Shown here: positions 16,113 to 28,161 of the stretch, in pieces
Numbering within the stretch: position 1 is the first letter of the stretch
Layout of the letters: each line of letters starts with the position of its first letter
From: Eledone cirrhosa
Taxonomy: Eukaryota
Length of the DNA stretch: 64,000 bases
Reading direction: 5' to 3'
NCBI GenBank assembly: GCA_964016885.1
Contig: OZ024743.1
Coordinates: forward strand, 186,001-250,000
Made by a program: the position numbers and the translations under genes
The notes under the pieces: generated by a model
The model's input: only the letters and a program-made list of their open reading frames with translations
Database searches by the model: none
Told to the model about the DNA's origin: nothing

Positions 16113-17598
16113 CTCTCTCTCTTTCAATCTATCTTTGTAAAAATCTAAATATTCTTATTCCATGCATTGTCTTCTCTTCAACCTTCTCTCACTCTTCTCT
16201 CACACGCACACACACGCACACATAAACACACATAACACACACACATATATAGGATAAATTTAAACAAGTACGAAAATATTCTTTTATTTTCTTTATCGAC
16301 AGAAAAGCGCCAGTCGACATGTTGGCAGGTTTGTTAAATAATCGAAAAGAATGCTTCACAATATTCGTTCCTGCTTTCATTCTTTGGAAATCGATAAAGT
16401 GCCATTTCAGGATAGGATTCGATTCTTCTTTTTACTCTCTTTCCCAACTGTCTCTTTCTATCTCCCCTTTGCCATTCTTACTGGAAGAAATCGGCTGTGC
16501 TTGGAACTGGCGTCAATAGGATTCCATTAGGAGTTGAAAATCTAAAGCCACGGCTAAACTATCATTAATGACATTTTACAAGCACAGGAAATAAATAGAC
16601 GTCTCATCATTAACAACAACCCATAAGTCTGCAAGTTACTAATGTGGCTCTAATAGTTCATATGCAAACATGAAATTTGTATATTTGGACATATAAAATA
16701 GATGGTATCTCTTGGACAAAGAGCCTATATGCTCACAAGGACAGCATACACTTATTGACTGACAGTCTTTGATGGGTTAGACAATCATACACCGAGAATT
16801 TCTCAGTTGGCTTCTGAAATTTGCGTCTACAAATATGTAGTAACAAGACATAGGTCAATCAAGGCTATAGTAGTCATTTGCCAAAGGTGAGACATAGTTG
16901 GACCGGATCCAATTCCAAGTAGTTGCAAAGCGAACCCCTTAACCACACGAACATGCTTGCACCTATGAGTGCATAAAACAACTACCCAATATAGAATTTC
17001 TTCTACCCCAAAAGTTGACCTTGAAAGCTGTATTAAAAGCGTTCAAAATCTAACAAACTTATATAACATATTCTAGCAATAAAGTAAAAGTTGATATGGC
17101 GGTCAAATAAATATTTTATGGTTAGAAAAATCACAAAAAATATCCCCAAGAAGAATGAAATAAAAAATAAAATAGTGAAAAACAGCAAAAAACCACTCAA
17201 AGTACAACAAAAACAACTTAAGTCAATAGTTACCAAGAAAAGTAAGTATAAAGAATAAGAATGAGACACATCTTCCCTATTGTTCTCGCTTAGAATAATT
17301 AAATTGCAATAGCAATCATTATGTTAGTCATTTTAAATGTTAAATTTAAATAAAACTTAAAAGCAGCAAGACTGGAACATTTTGCTCTGGGAGTTCCCCA
17401 TACTCAGAGGAAGGGATTTTTAACTTCCAAAATATTTGGACGAAAAAGAAAAATTATAATAACAATAAATACAAGGTAACACAAACTTTTTCGTTGCCTT
17501 CATTTTACTGTCCATTTCACATTGTCTGAGCCTTCTTAAACATATCATTTTCTACATTAAATACTATACACAATGCTTCAAGCAAACTTCAACATTCT

Positions 17599-17650
<52 letters not shown>

Positions 17651-17836
17651 TAAAATAACAGATTAAAGTTTGAGCAAAGAATCGCTGCTTTCACCTTTAA
17701 CGGGATCTTCTGAAACCGATTCTTTGCTTAAACTTTAATCTGTTATTTTAATAAATATTTGCTCTACGGGTTTTATATATATTTATATATAACCCTTATC
17801 GAACCCTCTTCGGAATTTAGTCTTTACATTTATCAT

Positions 17837-17904
<68 letters not shown>

Positions 17905-17905
17905 G

Positions 17906-18170
<265 letters not shown>

Positions 18171-19476
18171 GTTCTCTCAACCGTCAACTACGTACGGATA
18201 TATATATATATATGTATATATATGTGTGTGTGTGTGTGTGTATGTGCCCACGCATATCAACATACATATGCGACCACATAGGCAAATAAAAACATACATA
18301 TATATATATATACACATAATTGATTTCTATGTTGAGCAAAATAAATGGAATGTATGGGTGGAAGGACATTGCTTTGCTGTGTGTTTTCCTTACATATAGA
18401 AAATATAGCTAATTAAGATACACACTAATGCACATACAGAAACTCTTAGCAAACACATTCCCTTCATAAAAAAACATAATAGAACCTTTACATTCACACG
18501 TAATTATTTTGCCTTTGTATTTGCTTCCATTAAATTACGGTCTAAATTTCCCACTGCAAGAAATGCCATGCAGTCATTAAACAATGCCTCTGTTGTGTTA
18601 ACCGACCTTCGATATTTCAATGCAATGTTACTAAATCGAAAGCAATTGTGGTCCCTAACACACGATTCATGTATATTCTTTGTCATTAGAAAATAAATTT
18701 AAAATATGCATAATTTTTAATATTTTTTAGGCAAATGTGTGACATTTCTCACAATAGCAAGCGAACCGACCGTATTAACTTACTGAAACTAGGAGCTTTA
18801 GATATCGTCCCTAATTGATTGAAAAAAAATTACAAAAACATCACTCCTTTCACTAAACACCGCACAAAAAAAAATGGTTTAGATGAATCGTCGAGCGGCA
18901 AATCTATTTGTTAAGAAACTTGTATCGCAGTATTCTCCTTCAGTCTCGATGATAAGCATTCAGTCGTTCTATCAACTGAATTCTTACGCATAAAATTAAC
19001 GTGCTATTAGCTGAGTATTCCACAGACACGCGTACATTTCATGTAACTTTGAGGCTAAATCAGCATCACATAACATTTTAGGGAGAAAATGAGAAGAATC
19101 AGTCCCAGCAGTGGACTGATACTGTATTTATCGACCCGAAAGGATAAATATGAAAAAAGCTTACGCCGATATGATTTGGATTTAGTGCTCAGAGATCCGG
19201 AACGAATTCATCAATGCTTTTTATCTAACACTCTAATGATTCTGCTAACTCGCCGTCTTTGTGCTGATAATAAATAAATTGCTAATATGCATTTATAAAG
19301 CCGTGAACGTAATGATACCCCATATTATTCCGGCTCACATCCCTTCTAATATCGCAAGGTTTTGTTAATGCTCAGAATGCATCATAAAGAAATTAAATAG
19401 TTCTATAGCAAATTCCTTTGTCAGGAAAATTCGATTAGATATCCGTTCTTAAACATGCATTATATATTTCATTATT

Positions 19477-19657
19477 TGGCAGTATCGGTAGAGGATCGGA
19501 CGCCATGCTTTGATACATAGAGTTACGGCCCTTGCTATTCTGAGTTCAAATCCCGCCGAAGTTAACTTTGCCTTTCATCCTTACGGGGTCGATAAAATAA
19601 AGTACCAGTAATGCACTGGGTAATTGCTGGCCTTGTGCCAAAAGTAGAAACAATTAT
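19477..19657 (+). mobile_element. tRNA-derived SINE, dominant family
   Basis: Near-complete copy. Confidence 0.85.
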
Positions 19658-21136
19658 ATTTCAATTGTCGAGGAGATAAGGTGCGGGATAAACAGCTGAA
19701 AGTTTTGTGGAAACGGTAGATGAGAACCTGTCAATGTCGATAGTCGAAAGTACTGAAGATATTTACCACAAACGAGAAAATAATAAAGCCATTGTGTGGT
19801 CACTCGACTTGTTTTAAATAGTAGCAAAATATTTCTTAAATAGCACAATAGCATTATGAAGAAGGGAAGAAAATATTAGAAATATATAGCTGTAAAGAAA
19901 TACCTCTGGGAAGCATTCTGCATAATAAATTTACAGAGAGAGGGGTCTTACGTATGTGATATATTAAGTTTTCTGATTTATATATTAGTTTTTATTGTGT
20001 ATTATAATATTCTATTTAGTGATTTATATATTTATTTTTCTACATGCCTGGAGTTGATGAGGAGGTCACGGATTCCATGAAAATGTCAAGAAATAGACGG
20101 AATGTAAGTATTTAATGAATTCAATTTCTGTGTATATAGTTTAGAGGAATATAAGCTCCACTAGGCCAGCTTACTTTTGATAAAGTACAGGTAATCGAAA
20201 ATCTTCAAGTGTATTAGCTCATCAATTAATTCCTCAGTTCAGTGCTAAGTTTAAATTGGAAAAGCCACTCACGATAGCCTCTTATTAAAGGAGATATTTC
20301 TCATTCACTTAACGAGACAAGTTGAATTTAATCCTCCTTTTCGGAGGTGACACGCAAACAAATATATTTCATTATATTTCAAATTATTGTTATTAAAAAA
20401 GGTAGATATCAGCAACCTATGCCATCGCTACCACAATGATACAAGCCCGGACAGCGTTGAAAATCCTGATGTGTAACACCCAAGGCGCAAGCCATCTCTT
20501 GATCTCAGCGGATAAAATGGAGAAAGCGATACCACAGGGGGTAACGAGGGAGACGTTATTTCTCAACTTGAAGAGAAGAAAAGTCGGAAAGACGGTGGCC
20601 CGCTTGAAGGGGGGGGGGGGAGCCTCGTGAGGTGGTGTGACAGCCGCAGCAGGTGTCTCTGGACATTCTCTGCTGTAACGCTTTTGCTCGAGGGATCAAC
20701 TGAGGTACCGCTCACACTGGGATGTATTGACTACCTCTTCCCCTCTCGCTTTCTTTCACCGCTTGATCCTTCCTTTTTCTCCTTTTCATTTTGTTTTTTC
20801 TTCTTCCTTTTTTGTTTTCCTTTAGTTTTGTTTTTATTAGAAAAGCTTGTTCTTGCAAAGGAGGAAATTTGCACCACAAAACCGTTAAGTGCGTCATTCC
20901 AAACTGGTCTATGGGAAAACTTTATATTTGTAACAAGTTTATCTTGTTGAGGTGACAACACTTAAGCCTACTAAATTGAATATTTTAATTCTGAGTCATA
21001 CGTCTTAGTAACCCCAAATAAATACCGCTACTTTTCATTATGTATGTATGTATGTATGTATGTATGTATGTATGTATGTATGTATGTATGTATGTATGTA
21101 TGTATGTATGTATGTATGTATGTATGTATGTATGTA

Positions 21137-21738
21137 TACTCTGTTTTACAATTTTCACCAACAAGAGAGCCAGTTTCTCAGAAACAAGATTATTTCATTG
21201 GAATTTAGACAACATAAAGTAGGCAATTAGTATGTATGTATGCTTTTTGTGTGCGCACAGGTATGGGTGTTATTATGAGTGAATGTGGATGTTGTGAGTA
21301 ATATGTGTGTACATGCATATGTTTCTATATCTATACCTGTATATACAGTTATTACATGCTAAATATCTAGAATGATTTACTTATTTTTACACTTTACTTG
21401 AAATTTCCTTAACCAAACGCGTGCTTTTAGGTTTTGTGAGGCCCAGCTTCTCAAGATTTATAATGAGGCATTTAATAACATGTACAAGTATAACAATGAC
21501 CACAGGTACAAACCTAATGGTACAATCAGGGCAGATTATCTGTATGTTCCTCATTAGTTCAGCATACATATTCTCCTTTTTGTTAATCTTTAACATTAAC
21601 TGGACAGCTGATTTTCAATACTCTGCCTGTTTTCTTTTCTCTGTCCCATATCACTACGTTTGCTCTGTTGTGTTTACATTTTATTGGGGATTTGTGTGAA
21701 ACCTTCCATCAGTACTCTTTCATGTTATGTGTGCACAT
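21137..21738 (-). mobile_element. Degenerate Dong/R4 3' fragment
   Basis: KKENMYAELMRNIQIICPDCTIRFVPVVI..NLEKLGL and a 3' UTR similar to 28162-28390, flanked by (CATA)n. Confidence 0.75.
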
Positions 21739-21780
21739 GTATGTATGTATGCATGTATGTATATGTGTATGTATGTATGT

Positions 21781-22046
21781 GATTTGACACGAACTAAGTC
21801 ATATCAGTAGACCTCATGTAGCTTATGATCTGAAAAGCTGTAAAGAATGTGGCAAGGATGGGAGGCCTTAAAAGACACATGAGAACACACAGTCAGAACA
21901 AAGTAATGGAAAGTCTCAGTAGAACCTACAGTAGCCATATGTGTGCCAGAGGGTGCAAGTCTTTGGCTGGTGTAAAGAGCCACATTCATGCCTCACATTT
22001 TTGAGCATTTTATCGGGCGATGGCAATACGAGTTTGCAGCCATCAT
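21781..22046 (+). mobile_element. Degenerate RTE 3' fragment (zinc-finger region and terminus)
   Basis: Remnant peptides SCKECGK, GGLKRHMRTH and AGVKSHI parallel fingers 2-3 of the intact LINE. It ends in gcagccatc followed by (ATGT)n, like the intact copy. Confidence 0.7.
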
Positions 22047-22107
22047 GTATCATTGTATGTATGTATGTATGTATGTATGTATGTATGTATGTATGTATGT
22101 ATGTATG

Positions 22108-22568
22108 ATTGTATGTATGTTATCTCTTTCTCTTAATTTCGAGTATATTTTTTTTAACCGGCCACCTTCCTGGTGGCAAGGTTGTAAAAGAAAAGAAATT
22201 GTCATCACTTGAATAGCAAGAATGTTTTGCAAATTTTGAAAGTGCCAGCTATCGCAGCCATTTGTAGACTATGAATTAGGGAGCTGCGCTTTTTGTCCGC
22301 AAATCCAAGTTCAGTCATACTTTGGTCCAAGCGGGTTGGTATATAACCCGTAGCTCCAATAATGATGGGTATGAAGCTAAAGGTGTATCTTGGATACTGG
22401 ATTTGTAAACTCCTCATCAATTGTCCGTAGATGTCCTCCTTCTCCTGTATTTTTCTGACAACGTTTACATCAAGTGGGCAGCTGATCTCCACAACAGAAC
22501 ACGTTTTTAATGTGTGGTCCAAAACAACAATATCAGGCCGGTTGTGCTTTAATTTGGTGGCAGTTTTT
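22108..22568 (-). mobile_element. Short 3' fragment of a second Dong/R4 subfamily (RLE domain + 3' UTR)
   Basis: KTATKLKHNRPDIVVLDHTLKTCSVVEISCPLD..EKEDIYGQL..PIIIGATG..KICKTFL, flanked both sides by (CATA)n. Confidence 0.8.
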
Positions 22569-23079
22569 ATGTATGTATGTATGTATGTATGTATGTATGT
22601 ATGTATGTATGTATGTATGTATGTATGTATGTATGTATGTATGTATGTATGATTGTATGTATGTATGTATGTATGTATGTATGTATGTATGTATGTATGT
22701 ATGTATGTATGTATGTATGTATGTATGTATGTATGATTGTATGTATGTTATCTCTTTCTCTTAATTTCGAGTATATTTTTTTTAACCGGCCACCATTTTT
22801 GTATTCTGAAACATCAAAATACAACAATTTGTTGGTTACTGGACTCGGGAATGTCACGACAGAAGTTTGTGGAAGTTACACAAATATTTTAGTATATTTT
22901 AGCAGAGCAATCCTTATTTATATTTTACATTTACTTACATCTCAATATAACATGGCTAGAATTCAAATTTTGCTAAGAGAAGAAAACGGTCAAATGAACT
23001 AGATACATCTCACTGTCCACACCACCACAATAACGTCTACACTCTCTCCCCACCATCACATGTCATTACCATACCATAC

Positions 23080-23125
23080 CCTATCGAGACTAAAGTCATC
23101 GACCTGTTGTCAAACTCTCTACTCT
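23080..23125 (-). CDS. Mkx: Predicted 46-nt Mohawk microexon (ESREFDNRSMTLVSIG)
   Basis: Acceptor cattcatcag| and donor GG|GTATGG. The length is 3n+1, it is open in the required frame, and it converts phase 1 to phase 2 as needed to join the 39584 and 14109 exons. No homology support. Confidence 0.5.
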
Positions 23126-23902
23126 CTGATGAATGTATATATATATATGTGTGTGTATGTATATGTGTGTATATACATCACTCAGTCAAACAACCAGATT
23201 TCAACCCCAACATCTACAACAACAACAACACCGGCCCTAATGTTTACAGCAACAACAGCTTCAGAATGAACTGAAATGAACATTTACAACAATTACAACA
23301 ACAACAACAACAGCGGCATCAAAACATAAAAAAAGGAAGGGAAAAGAAAAAAGAAAAGGGAAGGGGAAAAAAAAAAAAAAAAAAAAGGAGAAAAAAAAGG
23401 AAAGGAAAAAAAAAAAAAAAAACTCAAAATAACAAAACACACACACACACACACACACACAACAGAACAACAACATCAACTGCCACCACCACCACCACCG
23501 CCACCGCCGTCGCCATCACCATCACCAGCGACCTGGCCTTAAGAACAACTTTAATAATAATTTTTCTGCTTTTGGCACGGATCCAGCGACTGGCCAGCGC
23601 ATCACTGGTACTCTCTTTTGTTGACTCCGTGGAGAGCCATAACTCTATGCTGTAAAGCAATTATAGTAATACTGGACTGTAATACGATCGGCTTCAACTA
23701 TACAAACTCTTGAAAGTCAACAGTTGACATAATCTGGTAATCTTGTATCAGTAATGACGGTAATATATATATATATATGTGTGTGTGTGCGTGTAAGTGA
23801 GTAGAGTAGCGTGTGTGTGTGTTTGTTGTGTGTGTGAGTGTTGCTGTGTGCACGCATATGTATGCGTGTGTGTGTATGTCGTACGTATAAGTGTCAATAA
23901 GT

Positions 23903-23934
<32 letters not shown>

Positions 23935-23936
<2 letters not shown>

Positions 23937-24237
23937 GCGGGGACATAGAAATAATCGGGCTGGATGCCCGATCGCGCAGTTAAACCACTGGGAGTGAAGA
24001 ACCCCTAGCCCATGTCAGGGTATTCTTCTAGGAGAAGGCATCTCAGGAAACTGGGTTAACTCCGATATAAAACCTGCGGCTCAGTAGTTACCGATGATGT
24101 TGATCTTTTCTTCTTTTCGGGTTATAGCTACTGTCGCTCAGAGAGTGGGATTGGTTCAGTGCACAGTCTTTCCTCACTTTAAAAATATTCGTCACGCACA
24201 GGCATTGCACGAGTGCATTAATAATTATTAATAGTGT

Positions 24238-24272
<35 letters not shown>

Positions 24273-24277
24273 TATTA

Positions 24278-24313
<36 letters not shown>

Positions 24314-27300
24314 CCAATTCAATGATGTTCCAGAACAATGTAAACGAGATAATTGCCAATTTGGGTTCTGGAACAAAAAAGATCATTGGCAATAAGGGCA
24401 GGGGCCCCAAGTTATCACAACCTGGGCCCGCCCGTCATCGTGCCATTGTAATAGAGCCAAACAGGGCATTTAGTCTTGGCTGCTGGAACGTACGGACGCT
24501 GCTTGACAGGGATTCTTTGGAGCGTCCTGAACGAAGGACCGCTCTTGTTGCGAAGGAGCTTCGACGTTACGATCTTGACATCGTGGCTTTGTCTGAGACG
24601 AGGTTAGCTGGAGATGGTCATCTTACGGAATTTTGTGGAGAATATACATTCTTCTGGAAAGGAAGAGATGAAGGAACCAGAAGAGAGGCTGGGGTAGGAT
24701 TTGCTGTTAAGACTGTACTGGTGAATAAATTGGAAGAATTCCCAGTGGGGATTAGTGAGCGTCTTATGTCCATGAGAGTTCCGCTGGACAAGGGAAGATA
24801 TGCTACCCTGGTGAGTGTGTATGCTCCAACTATGAATTCTGTCGATGAAGAAAAACTGTCCTTTTACCATGCCTTGAAAGGTGTTTTAAGAAATATCCCT
24901 CAGGCAGACAAAGTCATCGTGCTTGGTGACTTTAATGCTAGAGTGGGTAGGGATTTTAACACATGGAATGTAATCGGAAGGCATGGGGTGGGAAAGTGTA
25001 ACAGCAATGGTATGCTCTTGCTGCAGATGTGTGAGGAGCTGGATCTGTGTGTTACCAACACCATGTTCCAACAAAAGAACAAATTCAAGACCACATGGAT
25101 GCATCCTGCATCTAAGGAATGGCATCTTTTGGACTACGTCCTAGTCAGGATGCGTGACAGACAGGATGTGCGGTGTGTTCGTGTTCTTCGTGGAGCTGAG
25201 TGCTGGACGGACCACCGCCTGGTACGCGCAAAAGTGAATCTAATCACCAAACGTAAAATCCGGGCTCCTGGTGTTGCCCTGCCCAAAAGATTGAATGCTG
25301 CTCGTCTTAAGGATAAAAATGTGAAGAGGACATTGGAAGAAGAGATGCAGGCTGCAGATCTTGGTGAGGATTGGCCGACCCTTAAAAAGTCGGTTTATGA
25401 TGTAGGCAGACGTGTTCTGGGATTGGTGCAGAGAAAACATCAGGACTGGTTTAATGAGAAAGATGTGCATATAGATGACTTGTTGGCTGATAAGAGGCGC
25501 GCTCTGTCACGCTACTTGACGGCAAGACCACAGGAGAGGAATACGTTGCATGAGGAGCTCAGGGATGTAAAATCACGTGTTAGGCGGAGTCTTTCTCAGA
25601 TGAAGGATCAGTGGTGGAGTGAGAAGGCTGGTGAGATACAAACTGCGTCTGATTGCAATAACACAAAGCTGTTGTACAGTCTCTTGCGTGAGGTTTATGG
25701 ACCGTCTTCTTCTCTGGTGACACCGATTCGCAGCAAGGATGGCAAAGAACTTCTTCGTGACTCACAGGGAATTCTACGAAGGTGGCGGGAGCACTTTGAT
25801 GATCTTTTGAATCAGCCGTCTGTCGTCAGTGAAGATTTCCTCAATCTCATTCCGGAAAGTCCTGTGAAAGTAGCTCTCGCAGAGCCTCCGACACTTGTGG
25901 AGGTTGCAGTGGCTATTTCGAAGCTGAACAGTGGAAGATCTCCAGGTATGGATGGCATACATGCTGAGCTCCTACAATATGGTGGTGAGAGACTCCTGCA
26001 ACATCTTCACTCTCTGTTTGGAAGGATATGGGCTAATGAATCCGTGCCTGAGGACTGGAGAGATGCAGTAATGGTGGTCTTGTACAAGGGAAAGGGTAAC
26101 AGGAATGATTGTGGGAACTACAGAGGTATATCATTGCTTTCTGTCGTGGGGAAAGTTTTATGTAGGGTGCTTCTGGACCGTCTGCTGACACACATTGCAG
26201 ATTGTGTCCTTCCTGAAAGTCAATCTGGTTTTCGTGTTGGACGCGGCACTACTGATATGATCTTCTCAGCTAGACAGCTCCAGGAGAAGTGCATTGAACA
26301 GGGCTTGGATCTGTATCAGGTTTTTGTCGATCTGACAAAGGCTTTCGATACTGTCAACAGAGATGCATTATGGAAGGTTCTCCAGAAACTTGGTTGCCCT
26401 GATAAGTTCCTTGCTTTAGTTAGGTCTTTCCATGACGACATGAAGGCTTGGGTTAATGTCGGAGGTAACATGTCGGAGCCTATCTCAGTAAAAAATGGAG
26501 TGAAACAGGGGGATATTCCAGCACCGACCCTGTTTGCCATATACTTTGCAATGGTTTTCTGTATTGCATTCAGGAATTGCGAGCATGGTGTTTACATCCG
26601 ATATCGAACCTCAGGCAGCATATTTAACATCAGGCGCTTTGCTGCGAAGACAAAAGTATTTACATCAGTCATAAGAGACCTCTTGTATGCAGATGATTGC
26701 GATCTTGTAGCGCACACAGAGAGTGATATGCAGCACATTTTGAATGTATTTTCTGACGCTTGCACTGCCCTGGGTTTGACTGTCAGTCTCAAGAAAACCG
26801 TCGTCATGTACCAACCTGCACCTGGTGGGCAGTACACTGAACCAAACATCTATGTGTATGGCAAACGACTTGGAGTGGTTGATCAGTTTGTCTACCTGGG
26901 AAGCACTGTCAATCGATACGGCAACCTTGACAGTGAAATCTCACTTAGGATTAGGAAAGCAAGTGATGCTTTCGGAAAGCTAGAAAGGCGACTCTGGGGT
27001 CGGCGAGACATATGCAGGAGGACAAAGGTAAAGGTGTACAGGGCATGTGTACTCTCTTGTCTTCTTTATGCCTGCGAGACCTGGGTCACATATCGACGCC
27101 ACCTTAAGCAATTGGAGCGTTTCCATCAGATGTGTCTCAGACGGATACATGGCGTTCGCTGGAGGGACCACATCAGTGATGTCGAGATTTTGGAAAGCTC
27201 TATGTGTGACAGTATAGAAGCTCTTGTGCTTAAGCAGCGACTCCGTTGGAGTGGTCACCTTGCCAGGATGAAGGATTCTAGAATACCAAAACAACTCTTC

Positions 27301-27875
27301 TATGGAGAGTTGGTTAAAGGAAAACGACCGCCACATAAACCAAAAAAGAGGTATAAGGATTCCTTGAAGGCCTCTCTGAAAGACGCTAACATCTCTGCTG
27401 ATACATGGGAAAATATTGCTGCTGATCGTAATAAATGGAGAAAGACTGTATATGAGGGAGAAGTTGCCTTTGAGGCATCTCGAATCGCACACGAGAAAGT
27501 AAAGCGGGACGTGAGGAAGGGTATTGCTGTTGCACTTCCAGACGGCGAGGGTCCTCCTATGTTTCTGACATGCAGCGTCTGTGCGAGACTCTGCCTAAGC
27601 AAAGCTGGACTCGAAAGTCATCTTCGCAGTCATAAAGTAAGACCAGTGGTTGACTACCAGGCTGCTGTTGGAGATGCTACTCATCATGCTTGCCAAACAT
27701 GTGGTAGAGAATGTAAATCAGCAGGAGGACTCAAGCGACATGCAAAAGTACACGAACTCCAACCACAGCCGACTATTCCCAGTAAATGTTTTGGTTGCCG
27801 ACTCTGTGCAAGACATTTTGGATCATTGGCTGGGCTAAAAAGCCACATTCGATCGCAGCACTGTTAGTTGCTATC

Positions 27876-27913
<38 letters not shown>

Positions 27914-27992
27914 GCTTATGTGCGTGCGTGTGTGTGTATATATATATGAATATGTATATTATTATTGTTGTTGTCGTTATTATTATTATTGC

Positions 27993-28059
<67 letters not shown>

Positions 28060-28161
28060 TTTTTTTTTATTTTTTTTTTTTTATTGTGCAATGGCCATAC
28101 TCGATAACGAGGGGGCAGCCATCATGTATGTATGTATGTATGTATGTATGTATGTATGTAT
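23935..28161 (+). mobile_element. Apparently full-length RTE-clade LINE, antisense within an Mkx intron
   Basis: Structured GC-richer 5' UTR from about 23935 and a single long ORF. The 3' UTR ends in ...gagggggcagccatc followed by an (ATGT)n tail (28124-28161). No target-site duplication recognised. Confidence 0.88.
24322..27867 (+). CDS. RTE LINE ORF: AP-endonuclease + reverse transcriptase + three C2H2 zinc fingers
   Basis: 1181 aa uninterrupted. APE motifs WNVRTL, ALSETR, SVYAPT, GDFNAR, LDYVLV, TDHRLV. RT motifs QSGFR, FVDLTKAFD, GVKQGD, YADD, YLGS. C-terminal fingers CSVC..HLRSH, CQTC..HAKVH, CRLC..HIRSQH. Confidence 0.95.
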   Translation: MMFQNNVNEIIANLGSGTKKIIGNKGRGPKLSQPGPARHRAIVIEPNRAFSLGCWNVRTLLDRDSLERPERRTALVAKELRRYDLDIVALSETRLAGDGHLTEFCGEYTFFWKGRDEGTRREAGVGFAVKTVLVNKLEEFPVGISERLMSMRVPLDKGRYATLVSVYAPTMNSVDEEKLSFYHALKGVLRNIPQADKVIVLGDFNARVGRDFNTWNVIGRHGVGKCNSNGMLLLQMCEELDLCVTNTMFQQKNKFKTTWMHPASKEWHLLDYVLVRMRDRQDVRCVRVLRGAECWTDHRLVRAKVNLITKRKIRAPGVALPKRLNAARLKDKNVKRTLEEEMQAADLGEDWPTLKKSVYDVGRRVLGLVQRKHQDWFNEKDVHIDDLLADKRRALSRYLTARPQERNTLHEELRDVKSRVRRSLSQMKDQWWSEKAGEIQTASDCNNTKLLYSLLREVYGPSSSLVTPIRSKDGKELLRDSQGILRRWREHFDDLLNQPSVVSEDFLNLIPESPVKVALAEPPTLVEVAVAISKLNSGRSPGMDGIHAELLQYGGERLLQHLHSLFGRIWANESVPEDWRDAVMVVLYKGKGNRNDCGNYRGISLLSVVGKVLCRVLLDRLLTHIADCVLPESQSGFRVGRGTTDMIFSARQLQEKCIEQGLDLYQVFVDLTKAFDTVNRDALWKVLQKLGCPDKFLALVRSFHDDMKAWVNVGGNMSEPISVKNGVKQGDIPAPTLFAIYFAMVFCIAFRNCEHGVYIRYRTSGSIFNIRRFAAKTKVFTSVIRDLLYADDCDLVAHTESDMQHILNVFSDACTALGLTVSLKKTVVMYQPAPGGQYTEPNIYVYGKRLGVVDQFVYLGSTVNRYGNLDSEISLRIRKASDAFGKLERRLWGRRDICRRTKVKVYRACVLSCLLYACETWVTYRRHLKQLERFHQMCLRRIHGVRWRDHISDVEILESSMCDSIEALVLKQRLRWSGHLARMKDSRIPKQLFYGELVKGKRPPHKPKKRYKDSLKASLKDANISADTWENIAADRNKWRKTVYEGEVAFEASRIAHEKVKRDVRKGIAVALPDGEGPPMFLTCSVCARLCLSKAGLESHLRSHKVRPVVDYQAAVGDATHHACQTCGRECKSAGGLKRHAKVHELQPQPTIPSKCFGCRLCARHFGSLAGLKSHIRSQHC

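Noticed and set aside
16440-16640. Segment sharing gaagaaatYggctgtg with 39360-39420 as a plus-strand exon
   Set aside because: No sustained ORF. It is more likely an old dispersed repeat.
23424-23660. 78-aa minus ORF near the LINE
   Set aside because: Built from decayed SINE sequence and CAC repeats, with no Mkx motifs.
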